A stretch of DNA of 60,364 nucleotides, taken from positions 1-60,364 of IMG/VR virus record IMGVR_UViG_3300043468_000417; one strand, written 5' to 3'. This DNA is from a virus. Lineage: Duplodnaviria; Caudoviricetes. Position numbers and translations under genes: made by a program. Within the stretch, counting starts at the first letter, position 1. Every line of letters starts with the position of its first letter. Below are positions 7,424-17,524 of this stretch, in pieces. The notes beneath the pieces are model-generated. The model made no database searches. It was given only the letters and a program-made list of their open reading frames with translations, and was not told the origin of the DNA.

Positions 7424-8845
7424 ATGGCAAGATTATTTGTAACTGACATAAATCTGAATAAGAATGAACTTCAGAATGCCAGAATTCAGGGGCTTTCAAC
7501 AGCTCCATCTAGTCCAGTAACTGGACAAATTTATTATGATACATCAAATAACACGATGTACTACTACAATGGATTGTCATCACCAAATGGTCCATGGATG
7601 TCAATGTCTGGTTCTACAGAAGTTATTCAAGATGTTATTGGCTCAGCAGTATTAGGCGGAGTTGGATTATCAGCAACATACAATGACACAGCTGGAACAA
7701 CAACAATAGATTTAGACAATACAGCAGTAACAGCAGGCTCTTATGGTTCTTCAACAGCAATACCTACATTTACAGTAGATGCCCAAGGACGTTTGACTGC
7801 CGCAGGAACTGCAACAGTAGCAACAACTCTTTCAATTGCTGCAGAATCTGGAACAGCAGACACAGTAAATCTTCTTACAGATACTTTGACATTTGCCGCA
7901 GGCGAAGGAATCAATACAACTGTAACAGATAACACAATTACAATTGCTGGAGAAGATGCTTCTACTAGTAATAAGGGTGTTGCCTCATTCAATTCAGATG
8001 ACTTTAACACAACAGACGGACACGTAGAACTAGAAGATACTGTTGTTAAAACAGTAACAACTGATTCTGGAGCATTAACTCCATCGTCACACGGTCTATC
8101 TATCCTTGGCGGAGAAGGAATCGATGTAACTCATACTGGAACATCAATTACAGTAGCAGGAGAAGATGCAACCACAACTAATAAGGGTGTGGCTTCTTTC
8201 GCAGATGCAGACTTTACAGTAACATCTGGCGCAGTAACAATTAAAAATGTTAACCTTGCCACACAGACAACTGGAAACTATATTGCAACTATTGCTGGAA
8301 CAGCAAATGAAGTTGAGGTTTCAGGTTCTGGCTCAGAAAACTCAGCGGTAACAATTGGTCTTCCAAATGACGTAACAATTACTAATAACCTTACAGTTGG
8401 CGGTAACTTAAACGTAACTGGAACAATTAACTCAGTAAATACCACTCAGGTAAATATTGTTGACAATAAGATTAATCTTAATACCGACTTTACTGGATCT
8501 CCAACAGCAGATGCTGGAATCCGTGTAGAGCGTGGAGATGGCGCAGATGTTGAAATCCTATGGAATGAGACAAATGACAACTGGACCCTTACAAACAATG
8601 GTACAAACTATCATGCAATTGTTCGCAAGTTTGCTTCAGATATTACCACAACAGAGTCAGCACCATTTACATTTACTGCAACACACAATTTAGGAACAAG
8701 AGATGTAACAGTTCAAGTATTTGCAACTGCGTCTCCATATAATCAAATTGAGTGTGACGTAGATCATACATCTACATCAGTTGTAACACTAACATTTGCA
8801 GCAGCACCAACAGCTGGACAATATAGAGTAGTTATAACAGGATAA
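7424..8845 (+). CDS. Fibre shaft protein
   Basis: TVDAQGRLT, duplicated GEDA..NKGVASF repeat, C-terminal THNLGTRDV domain. Confidence 0.7.
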   Translation: MARLFVTDINLNKNELQNARIQGLSTAPSSPVTGQIYYDTSNNTMYYYNGLSSPNGPWMSMSGSTEVIQDVIGSAVLGGVGLSATYNDTAGTTTIDLDNTAVTAGSYGSSTAIPTFTVDAQGRLTAAGTATVATTLSIAAESGTADTVNLLTDTLTFAAGEGINTTVTDNTITIAGEDASTSNKGVASFNSDDFNTTDGHVELEDTVVKTVTTDSGALTPSSHGLSILGGEGIDVTHTGTSITVAGEDATTTNKGVASFADADFTVTSGAVTIKNVNLATQTTGNYIATIAGTANEVEVSGSGSENSAVTIGLPNDVTITNNLTVGGNLNVTGTINSVNTTQVNIVDNKINLNTDFTGSPTADAGIRVERGDGADVEILWNETNDNWTLTNNGTNYHAIVRKFASDITTTESAPFTFTATHNLGTRDVTVQVFATASPYNQIECDVDHTSTSVVTLTFAAAPTAGQYRVVITG

Positions 8846-8847
8846 TT

Positions 8848-9303
8848 ATGGCAAAGCAATTTAAAACACCAATTGCTCCGCCAGCCTTAAGTTCAGATCC
8901 AACAGGAACTGTTGCTGGTGAAATATACTATAATACAGTTTCTGGTGCTTTAAAGATTTATAATGGAACAACCTGGTCTTTACTAACAGGTGGAGGCGGG
9001 GGAACTTCAAATTCATTTGAAGTTTTGTCAACATCTCCAGCATCTCCATCTCAAGGAAGAGTTTATTTTGACTCTTCAGAAAATACAATTAAAGTATATA
9101 ACGGTAATATCTGGTATGATGTTGCGGGGCCAAAAGAATTATTGGATCACCAACACTATGCTGGAGAAGGACTGGTAAGGCATGTAGATTATGGACAATA
9201 TGTAGATGAGTTGAATTATATTGTTTCTATGGATGGCGGAACCGCAAGTACATCATATGCTTCTGCACCAAACAATGATATAATAGACGGAGGAGCAGCA
9301 TAG
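8848..9303 (+). CDS. Fibre connector protein
   Basis: Two GxxYY/F...KxYNGxxW motifs, ends IIDGGAA. Confidence 0.6.
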   Translation: MAKQFKTPIAPPALSSDPTGTVAGEIYYNTVSGALKIYNGTTWSLLTGGGGGTSNSFEVLSTSPASPSQGRVYFDSSENTIKVYNGNIWYDVAGPKELLDHQHYAGEGLVRHVDYGQYVDELNYIVSMDGGTASTSYASAPNNDIIDGGAA

Positions 9304-9306
9304 AAT

Positions 9307-11454
9307 ATGGCAATTAGAATTCAGTTACGCAGAGACACCGCAGCAAATTGGACTTCATCGAATCCAGTATTGCGAGCAGGTGAGTTGGGTATTGAAACAG
9401 ATACTCTTAAATTTAAAATTGGTAATGGTTCCAGCACATGGACACAAATTACAAATTATGCAAACGTTACAAGTACAGGCTTATCAAATAGCCTAAATGA
9501 TTATATACTTTCTGCAACTAAGGGAACCCCTGGAGGACCAGCAGCACTAGATTCAAATGGCGACCTCCTTGTTCCAGAAAATTCAGTCATTCTTTGGAAT
9601 GATGCTGATTATACTTATCAAACAACAGTAAGTGCTACACAGCCTACAGCAAATAGAACAATTACTTTGCCAGATGCTACTGGAACAGTAGCGCTTACAA
9701 CAGATCTTTCCCCATATGCCCCTTTATCTGGAGCTACATTTACAGGAAACATTAGCATTCCAACAGCAATTACTTTTGAAGGCGCAACAGCAAATGACTT
9801 TGAAACAACTATTCAGGTAACAGATCCAACTGCAGATAGAACTATCACTTTCCCAGATGCAGGTGGTACAGTAGCTTTGACCACAAATATTCCTTCAACT
9901 ACAGACAATTTGTCAGAAGGATCAACAAATAAATATTATACAGATGAAAGAGCACAGGATGCCATTGCAACAGCAATTGCGGCGGGAACTCATACAAATA
10001 TAACTATCACATATGATGATGATAATAACAAGTTTACTTTTGTAGGAGCAAACACCTACTCAGATGAAAATGCACAAGATGCAGTAGGAAATGCAGTCGG
10101 CACAGGATTGTCGTATAACGACACAACTGGTGCTATATCAGTAGATACTACAGCAATTCAGGCTCGTGTAGCAGATGTTTCAGATACAGAAATTGGATAT
10201 CTAAATGGTGTTACTTCAGGAATTCAAACACAGATTGATAATAAGGCTTCATTATCTGGAGCAACATTTACAGGAGCCGTTTCTGGAACAAGCTTAACGC
10301 TTTCTGGAGACCTAACAGTTAATGGAACTACTACAACATTAAATTCAACAACAATATCTGTTGATGATAAAAATATTGAACTAGGATCAGTCGCTACCCC
10401 ATCAGATGCTACAGCAGATGGCGGCGGAATAACTCTAAAGGGAGCAACAGATAAAACTTTCAATTGGGTAGATGCTACAGACGCATGGACCTCATCAGAG
10501 CACTTAAACCTTGCTTCAGGAAAGTCACTATATTTAAACGGTACACTATTAAAGGATGCTACAGAAACTCTTACAAATAAGACACTTACATCTCCAGTTA
10601 TTAATACCCCAACTGGGATTACAAAGTCAGATGTAGGTCTTGCAAATGTAGACAATACAACAGATGCAGGAAAGCCTGTCTCAACTGCTACCCAAACAGC
10701 TCTTGATCTTAAACTTGCTTCTGCAACAGCAGCTACAACTTATGAAACAATTACTAACGTAGCTTTAAAGGCACCACTTGCTGACCCAACATTTACTGGA
10801 ACAGTAACACTTCCTTCAACAACATCAATTGGAGATGTATCTTCAACTGAATTATCTTATCTAAACAATGTAACTTCTGCAATTCAAACACAATTGGATG
10901 GCAAGGTAGATGAGTCACTATTTGATACAAAGGGAGATATTTTAGTTGCTTCCGCAGATAACACACCAGCAAAATTAGCAGCTGGAACAAACGGATATTT
11001 GCTTACAGCAAACTCAGCTGCAGCTAATGGAGTTGAGTGGGCGGCAGCACCAGTAAGTCTTCCAACTCAAACAGATAATTCAGGAAAGTATTTAACTACA
11101 GATGGAACCACAGCATCTTGGGGAACTCTAGTAGTACCAATTACAACTGGTACATCAACAGTTTCAGCAAATACAGCAACGACAATAGATACAACAGCAT
11201 TGTCAGCGTTCACATCTATTGAATATATGGTTTCATTAAAGCAGGGTTCAAAGATTAGAACATCTAAGGTAGTTGTTCAGACTGACGGAACTTCTGTAGA
11301 TATGACAGAGTTTGCAATTACAGAAACTGGAGGAACAATTGCAGGAGTAGTTGTTTCAGTCGCAGTATCTTCAACAAATGCAGTACTACAATTAACAGCA
11401 ACAGATGCAGTAACTACAAACGTAACGGTAAAATTTAGCAAAGTAGCACTTTAA
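9307..11454 (+). CDS. Fibre protein with Mtd/HylP-like N-terminal domain
   Basis: IQLRRDTAANW...GELGIETDTLKFKIG; PTADRTITxPDA repeats; C-terminal beta domain. Confidence 0.8.
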   Translation: MAIRIQLRRDTAANWTSSNPVLRAGELGIETDTLKFKIGNGSSTWTQITNYANVTSTGLSNSLNDYILSATKGTPGGPAALDSNGDLLVPENSVILWNDADYTYQTTVSATQPTANRTITLPDATGTVALTTDLSPYAPLSGATFTGNISIPTAITFEGATANDFETTIQVTDPTADRTITFPDAGGTVALTTNIPSTTDNLSEGSTNKYYTDERAQDAIATAIAAGTHTNITITYDDDNNKFTFVGANTYSDENAQDAVGNAVGTGLSYNDTTGAISVDTTAIQARVADVSDTEIGYLNGVTSGIQTQIDNKASLSGATFTGAVSGTSLTLSGDLTVNGTTTTLNSTTISVDDKNIELGSVATPSDATADGGGITLKGATDKTFNWVDATDAWTSSEHLNLASGKSLYLNGTLLKDATETLTNKTLTSPVINTPTGITKSDVGLANVDNTTDAGKPVSTATQTALDLKLASATAATTYETITNVALKAPLADPTFTGTVTLPSTTSIGDVSSTELSYLNNVTSAIQTQLDGKVDESLFDTKGDILVASADNTPAKLAAGTNGYLLTANSAAANGVEWAAAPVSLPTQTDNSGKYLTTDGTTASWGTLVVPITTGTSTVSANTATTIDTTALSAFTSIEYMVSLKQGSKIRTSKVVVQTDGTSVDMTEFAITETGGTIAGVVVSVAVSSTNAVLQLTATDAVTTNVTVKFSKVAL

Positions 11455-11468
11455 GGGGGTAATAGATA

Positions 11469-12191
11469 ATGGCAGATAAAAACTTTAAAGTTAAATCTGG
11501 ATTAAATATCCCGATTGCTTCGGCTGCAATTCTTACCACTGATTCAAGTGGTAATATATCTTCTACCGCCGTTCTTCCAATTACAGCAGGCGGAACAGGA
11601 CAAACATCAGCGACTAATGCTATAAATGCCTTGCTCCCAATTCAAAATGGATCAACAATAAACTATTCAATCCAGTCAGATGGAACAAACATCTCATGGG
11701 CTAAGCTATATAATCAGGTAATTCAAGATGCAGGAGTTTCTGTAAATCCCCGTCGAAATATAAATTTTGTAGGAGGAACATTTGCAGATAATTCAGGATC
11801 TGATACTACAACTATCACATTGCCTCCAACTCCAAAGTATCAAACATCTGCTCCATCTAGTCCAGTAGTTGGACAAATTTGGGTGGACTCAGATGATGAC
11901 GTAGATACATTTAATCCTTATATGATTAGTAGAAATAAGTTTACTGCAACTAGCGGACAGACTGAATTTGCTACAACACAAACTTTTATTCAGGGGTACG
12001 AACAAGTATTTCTTAATGGTATACTTTTGGTATATGGAGATGACTATACAGCTCCTACTACATCCTCCGTCGTTTTATCTTCTGGAGCAGCAGTCGGAGA
12101 TTCAGTAGAAATTATTATTCAAACTAATTTATCCGCATATATAGTTGAAACGCCTCTTAGGGCTTCAACATTTATGTTGATGGGGGCATAA
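11469..12191 (+). CDS. Fibre adaptor (KNFKVK N-terminus, ATxGQT domain, FMLMGA tail)
   Basis: Motifs shared with ORFs at 19267 and 21972. Confidence 0.65.
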   Translation: MADKNFKVKSGLNIPIASAAILTTDSSGNISSTAVLPITAGGTGQTSATNAINALLPIQNGSTINYSIQSDGTNISWAKLYNQVIQDAGVSVNPRRNINFVGGTFADNSGSDTTTITLPPTPKYQTSAPSSPVVGQIWVDSDDDVDTFNPYMISRNKFTATSGQTEFATTQTFIQGYEQVFLNGILLVYGDDYTAPTTSSVVLSSGAAVGDSVEIIIQTNLSAYIVETPLRASTFMLMGA

Positions 12192-12535
12192 TGGCAACAG
12201 AAGTATTTAAGATACTAGGGCAGGTAGCACCAGGAACAACTAATACAGCATTGTATACCGTTCCAACAGGTAAGTCTGCAGTCATATCAACTATTGCTGT
12301 ATGTAATCAAACATCTTCTGATGTAACATTCAGAATTGCTACACAAAAAGCAGCAGATGCCTCAACATCTACAATTTTAGCTAAACAATATATTGCGTAT
12401 GGTTCAACAGTAGCTGCCAACGACACAACATTTGTCACTATCGGAGCTACGCTTGCGGCGGGAGATCAAATAATCGTTTACGGTTCATCTTCTAGTCTTT
12501 CATTCAACGCATATGGCTCCGAGGTGACACCTTAA
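12191..12535 (+). CDS. Small beta-sandwich virion protein
   Basis: FKILGQ...LYTVP...SFNAYGSE; stop/start coupled on both sides. Confidence 0.6.
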   Translation: MATEVFKILGQVAPGTTNTALYTVPTGKSAVISTIAVCNQTSSDVTFRIATQKAADASTSTILAKQYIAYGSTVAANDTTFVTIGATLAAGDQIIVYGSSSSLSFNAYGSEVTP

Positions 12536-14085
12536 TGGGAGTAAGTAAACTAAATCCATCAGCAGGAGGAATTCCATACGGAGATACAGCAGGACGCCCT
12601 GCAAACCCAGGAACGGGAAGACTTTATTCAAATGGTGAAGAAAAGCGTTTAGAGCTTTACACATCTTCAGGATGGCAGAACATTGTTTCTGAAACTCCAG
12701 GAGTTGTTTCTGTATCAGGAAATTATCTTGAATCAACAGGCTCAGGCACAATAGAAATTACAGGTACAAATTTTACAACAGGAGCAATTGCTTCTGTTAT
12801 TGGAACAAACGGTGTTGAAGTAAATGCTAATTCAACTACTGTAAACTCAATAGTGTCAGTCACGGCGGTATTTTCAGGACTATCAAATGCTAATGAGCCT
12901 TACGATGTTAAGGTAACCAATACATCAAATCTATTTGGTTTGCTGACTGATGCTCTTTATGTTAATGCAAGCCCAGTTTGGGTAACTGCTTCAGGGTCTC
13001 TAGGTACATTTAATGAACAAGTTTCTGTATCTGTTTCTGCAACAGCAACGGATTCTGATTCTACAATTACCTATGCATTAGCTAGCGGATCTTCTTTACC
13101 TTCTGGAGTATCTTTAAATTCTTCAACAGGCGCAATTACTGGAACACTTCCAGATATTGCAACAAATACAACATACAGTTTTTCAATAAATGCCTCTGAT
13201 GGGCTAAACACAATACCAAGATCATTTAGCATACAATCTGTTGCTATGCCTGTTGCTGAAATCTTAGTCGTTGGCGGCGGTGGTTCTGGCGCTGTTGGAA
13301 ACGGTGGTTCTGGAGGAGGAGGTGCTGGAGGACTAGTTTACTCATCATCTTATGCACTACTGGGATCAGCACTAGTTACCATTGGAAATGGTGGAGCGTC
13401 TGTAAGCTCAGGCCAAACTGGACTTAATGGAGAGAATACTGTTTTTGGAAACATAACAGCATTTGGCGGAGGTGCTGGTAAGGGTTGGACTGGCGGCGGA
13501 GGAAATAGCGGTGGTTCTGGCGGAGGCGGAGGATCTGGTAGCGGTTCTTCTGCTGGAGGAGGTGCTTCAACACAAACAAGCCCATCAGGTGCAACGGGTT
13601 ATGGAAATAGCGGTGGAACTGGACACGCAAGCGGAGGCCCATATTCTGGCGGAGGCGGAGGTGGAGCTGGCGCAGTAGGACAAACTGTAACAGCAAATAC
13701 TTCTGTTGCTAATGGTGGCATTGGTCGTGCTTACAGCATTACTGGGACCTCAACATACTATGCAGGCGGAGGTGGATCTGGAACCGAAGAAGGCAATTAT
13801 ACTTCTAGCGGATTAGGAGGCTCTGGTGGGGGAGGCCGAGGTGGGTATTTAAATACTGTTGGTACTGCAGGAACTGCAAACACTGGTGGTGGTGGCGGAG
13901 GTGGCGGATATCCACTAGCTTATTACGCAAGTGGTGCGGGAGGTAGTGGTGTTGTAATTATTGCATATGCAGATACATTCCCTGCTATTACAACAATTCC
14001 TGGAACATTAACTTATACCCAACCAACACGTGCAGGGTATAGAGTTTATAGATTTACAGCAGGTTCAGGAACGGTAACATTCTAA
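12535..14085 (+). CDS. Adhesin-like protein: IPT/Ig domains plus glycine-rich domain
   Basis: GDTAGRP, ITGTNF, LPSGVSLNSSTG, VVGGGG...GGSGVVII. Confidence 0.75.
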   Translation: MGVSKLNPSAGGIPYGDTAGRPANPGTGRLYSNGEEKRLELYTSSGWQNIVSETPGVVSVSGNYLESTGSGTIEITGTNFTTGAIASVIGTNGVEVNANSTTVNSIVSVTAVFSGLSNANEPYDVKVTNTSNLFGLLTDALYVNASPVWVTASGSLGTFNEQVSVSVSATATDSDSTITYALASGSSLPSGVSLNSSTGAITGTLPDIATNTTYSFSINASDGLNTIPRSFSIQSVAMPVAEILVVGGGGSGAVGNGGSGGGGAGGLVYSSSYALLGSALVTIGNGGASVSSGQTGLNGENTVFGNITAFGGGAGKGWTGGGGNSGGSGGGGGSGSGSSAGGGASTQTSPSGATGYGNSGGTGHASGGPYSGGGGGGAGAVGQTVTANTSVANGGIGRAYSITGTSTYYAGGGGSGTEEGNYTSSGLGGSGGGGRGGYLNTVGTAGTANTGGGGGGGGYPLAYYASGAGGSGVVIIAYADTFPAITTIPGTLTYTQPTRAGYRVYRFTAGSGTVTF

Positions 14086-14489
14086 TGGCTAAAACAGTTA
14101 AAATTTGGAACGGCACAGATTGGGTAGATCTTGGAGTAAAAGCTGCTCTTCCTCCTGATTATATAGATTCTACTGCTCTTAATTCCGCCCTTGCTTCATA
14201 TAAGCAAGAAGTAAATCTTACAGTATCATCTAACATAACATTAGTGGCGGGACGCAGATATTTTGTAGATACAACAGCTGCTAGAACATTAACACTTCCT
14301 GCAAGTCCAACACTTGGACAAGAAATTGTAGTTGTAGATGCATCTGGAACAGCTGGAACATATAACATTACAATTAATTCAAACAGTGGTAAAATTAACG
14401 GAACAGTACAAAACCTTACAATTGACGTAGATGGAGCAGGCGCTTCATTAATCTATACAGGATCTGCATATGGCTGGAGGGTAGGATAA
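14085..14489 (+). CDS. Fibre adaptor (KIWNG N-terminus plus YFVDT/TLTLPASP domain)
   Basis: Paralog of 26172..26678 and of the C-terminus of 21972..22955. Confidence 0.65.
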   Translation: MAKTVKIWNGTDWVDLGVKAALPPDYIDSTALNSALASYKQEVNLTVSSNITLVAGRRYFVDTTAARTLTLPASPTLGQEIVVVDASGTAGTYNITINSNSGKINGTVQNLTIDVDGAGASLIYTGSAYGWRVG

Positions 14490-17071
14490 TGGCAATTAGT
14501 TTTTCTAGTTTATCTGGCGGTACATCATTTACAGTAGTCACATCTACAGGCGGATCTAAGACAGCCACTCTTGATAAGTCATACCCAGCAGGAACATATT
14601 TAATTGAGTCTAAAGCGTTAGATACAAACCTAGAAGTATATCTAGGAGCATCAGATGGCACCCCCGTAGGATCGGCGGTGGCAGGAGCAAAAACAGTTAC
14701 AGCTACTTCATCCTTCCTATATGTAACAACAGTAAATGCAGATGCCAATGATGCAGTTATATTTACATTAAAATCAGCAGCCTCCCTTGCAACTAAAACA
14801 GATGCAACATGGGCTCCTCCAACAATTACAGATATTACTCCAAGCGGGCTACCAAATGTAAATGACACAACAACTATTACAGGTACAAACTTTGCTTCAA
14901 ACGTAGAGGTTAAATTTAGAAAATCAGATGATTCAACATTAGTAACTCCTAAGACAACAGTTAGAGGATCTGCTACATCTATTATTGCAGGCCGTCCTGA
15001 TTCGTTTGGCCCAGGAGATGCTCCATATGACGTAATTGTCACAAATCCAACCACAACATTATCTGCATCATCGCTTAATGCGATTACATCAGGAGCTGTG
15101 CCAGTTTGGGTTACATCAACAACATTAAATGAGGCTACAATTGATACAGCATTTTCACAAACAATTTCTGCAACTGATGCAGATGGCTCATCAACAATTA
15201 CATATGCAATTGTATCTGGTGCATTTCAAACAGGATTATCATTAAATACATCAACAGGAGCAATTACTGGTACACCAACAGGTTCTGCAGGAAGTACAAC
15301 AGCTGTAATATCTGCAACAGATTCTGGTGGCAACGCAGTAAATAGAACATTTACACAAGTTATTAATCCAGCTAACTTAATTGTTGATCACCTTGTAGTT
15401 GCTGGCGGTGGCGGTGGCGGTGGTAAAAATACAGGTGGTGGCGGTGGTGCTGGAGGATACAGAACTTCTATTGGCGGAACTGCTTTAACCTTGAATTTTA
15501 ATACTGCATACACAGTGACAGTTGGTGCGGGCGGTACAGGTGGAACTTCAACAACTCAATCAAAAGGCGCCAATGGTTCTAATTCTGTATTTTCTACTAT
15601 TACTTCTTCAGGCGGCGGTGGTGGAGGTCAAGGTGTACCACCTAATGCACCTGATGCTGCCCTTAATGGACTTAATGGTGGCTCGGGTGGTGGTGGAGGT
15701 GGAACCGATTCGGGTGGTGGCGGTACTGGTGCTGCTGGTAACTCAGGTTCATACTCTCCCGTAGAAGGTTATGCTGGTGGTAACGGAAATAACGGCGCAA
15801 ATGGTGGAGGTGGCGGCGGTTCATCTGCCGCAGGTTCTAACGCAACAACAAGTGCTGGTGGTAATGGTGGAGCAGGAACTTCTAATTCAATTACAGGAAG
15901 TGCTGTTACCTACGCAGGTGGTGGAGGTGGTGGTGCCAATTCTACTGCTGGAACTGGTGGCTCAGGTGGTGGTGGTAATGGTGCCGCTGGTGGCTCTGGT
16001 GGAAATCCATCAACTCAACAGGCAGGTTCTGGTACTGCTAATAGAGGTGGAGGTGGTGGCGGTGCAGGAGGATTTGAAACACAACTTTCAGGTGGCGCAG
16101 GTGGTTCAGGAATTGTTGTATTGCGTTACGCATCAGCAACTCAAAAAGCTTCAGGCGGTAATGAAGTAACAACCGACGGTACTTATTGGTATCATACATT
16201 TACATCTTCAGGAGTTTTTAACACAACTACATCTTATGTTGCTAAAGCAACAGGTGGAACCGTAACAACTGATGGTGCCTATTGGTATCACGCATTTACT
16301 GGCTCAGGAACATTTGCTCCAACTACAAGCATTACATCTGATTATCTAATTGTCGGCGCTGGCGGCGGTGGCGGCGGATACTCAGGCGGTGGCGGTGCAG
16401 GAGGTTTCCGCACATTTACTTCTCAATCTTTAACTGCTCAGAATTACACAGTTACCGTTGGTGGTGGTGGATTAGGTTCAGCAATAAATTCTAAGCGTGG
16501 TATTAGTGGAACAAGTAGTAGTTTTAATGGTTCTACTTCAGGTGGTGGCGGAGGTGGCGGTTCTGGTGAATCGGGAGAAGGTAATGGCTCCGCTGGCGGT
16601 GCTACAAATGGTTCAGGCGGCGGTTCAGGTTATTTAGGTTCAGGTGGTGCAGGAAACGGCACAGGGGGTTCAGGTGGTAGCGGTATAAACTCTGATGGTT
16701 ATCCAAGCGGTGGCGGTGGTGGCGCCAATGGTAATGGAGGTAACGGTTCAGGTAGTGGTTCAAGTTCAGCTGGTGGTAACGGCGGCGCTGGTTTATCAAC
16801 CGCTATTTCAGGTGGTTCAACAACAGGACTAGGACAACTCTCAAGCGGCAGTTATTACTTTTCAGGCGGCGGTGGTGGTGGTTCAGGAAATCCTGGACCT
16901 GGAACTGCTGGAACTGCTGGACTTGGTGGCGGTGGAACAGGTGGAAGATTTGGTTCAACTGCTCCTACTAATGGTACTGCAAATACAGGCGGTGGCGCTG
17001 GCGGAGGTGGCGCAACAAACCCTGGTGCTAATGGCGGTTCAGGAATAGTAATCATTAGATACCCAGTATAA
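14489..17071 (+). CDS. Adhesin-like protein: IPT/Ig plus two tandem glycine-rich domains
   Basis: Two VxAGG/GAGG...GSGIV units; YWYHxFT motif twice. Confidence 0.75.
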   Translation: MAISFSSLSGGTSFTVVTSTGGSKTATLDKSYPAGTYLIESKALDTNLEVYLGASDGTPVGSAVAGAKTVTATSSFLYVTTVNADANDAVIFTLKSAASLATKTDATWAPPTITDITPSGLPNVNDTTTITGTNFASNVEVKFRKSDDSTLVTPKTTVRGSATSIIAGRPDSFGPGDAPYDVIVTNPTTTLSASSLNAITSGAVPVWVTSTTLNEATIDTAFSQTISATDADGSSTITYAIVSGAFQTGLSLNTSTGAITGTPTGSAGSTTAVISATDSGGNAVNRTFTQVINPANLIVDHLVVAGGGGGGGKNTGGGGGAGGYRTSIGGTALTLNFNTAYTVTVGAGGTGGTSTTQSKGANGSNSVFSTITSSGGGGGGQGVPPNAPDAALNGLNGGSGGGGGGTDSGGGGTGAAGNSGSYSPVEGYAGGNGNNGANGGGGGGSSAAGSNATTSAGGNGGAGTSNSITGSAVTYAGGGGGGANSTAGTGGSGGGGNGAAGGSGGNPSTQQAGSGTANRGGGGGGAGGFETQLSGGAGGSGIVVLRYASATQKASGGNEVTTDGTYWYHTFTSSGVFNTTTSYVAKATGGTVTTDGAYWYHAFTGSGTFAPTTSITSDYLIVGAGGGGGGYSGGGGAGGFRTFTSQSLTAQNYTVTVGGGGLGSAINSKRGISGTSSSFNGSTSGGGGGGGSGESGEGNGSAGGATNGSGGGSGYLGSGGAGNGTGGSGGSGINSDGYPSGGGGGANGNGGNGSGSGSSSAGGNGGAGLSTAISGGSTTGLGQLSSGSYYFSGGGGGGSGNPGPGTAGTAGLGGGGTGGRFGSTAPTNGTANTGGGAGGGGATNPGANGGSGIVIIRYPV

Positions 17072-17076
17072 AACAA

Positions 17077-17105
17077 TAGACTTATCATTTATTAAATGGT
17101 AAAAT
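17077..17105 (+). promoter_or_regulatory. Sigma70-type promoter
   Basis: TAGACT-N17-TAAAAT with extended TG. Confidence 0.6.
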
Positions 17106-17138
17106 ATAAAGAAGCAAGACAACTAACAAAGGAGAAAA

Positions 17139-17519
17139 ATGGCACATTTCGCAGAAATCGACGAGAACAATATAGTTACTCGTGTTCTAGTAGTAAACGA
17201 CGCCGATGCAGCTGATGGACAGAATTTTCTGGCTAACACCTTGGATCTTGGCGGAACATGGATTCAAACCTCATACAACACTTCAGGTGGCGTACATGCA
17301 AATGGCGGGACCCCGCTAAGAAAGAATTATGCAGGAATCGGATATTCATACGACTCAGTTCGTGATGCATTTATCCCACCAAAGCCTTTCGCTTCATGGC
17401 TACTAAATGATGACACATGTCTTTGGGAAGCCCCAACACCAATGCCTGTTGAAGAAGGCAAGATGTTTAGATGGGTAGAAGAAGATTTAAACTGGCAAGA
17501 AGTAGTAATCGGAGAGTAA
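17139..17519 (+). CDS. Conserved phage protein associated with Gly-rich fibre genes (possible chaperone or cap)
   Basis: MAHFAEID...WIQTSYN...RKNYAGIG...DAFIPPKP; AAGGAG RBS. Confidence 0.7.
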   Translation: MAHFAEIDENNIVTRVLVVNDADAADGQNFLANTLDLGGTWIQTSYNTSGGVHANGGTPLRKNYAGIGYSYDSVRDAFIPPKPFASWLLNDDTCLWEAPTPMPVEEGKMFRWVEEDLNWQEVVIGE

Positions 17520-17524
17520 CATAA

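Noticed and set aside
9307-11454. Diversity-generating retroelement suggested by the Mtd-like N-terminus
   Set aside because: No reverse transcriptase, no C-type lectin variable region and no adenine-specific TR/VR pair seen in the window
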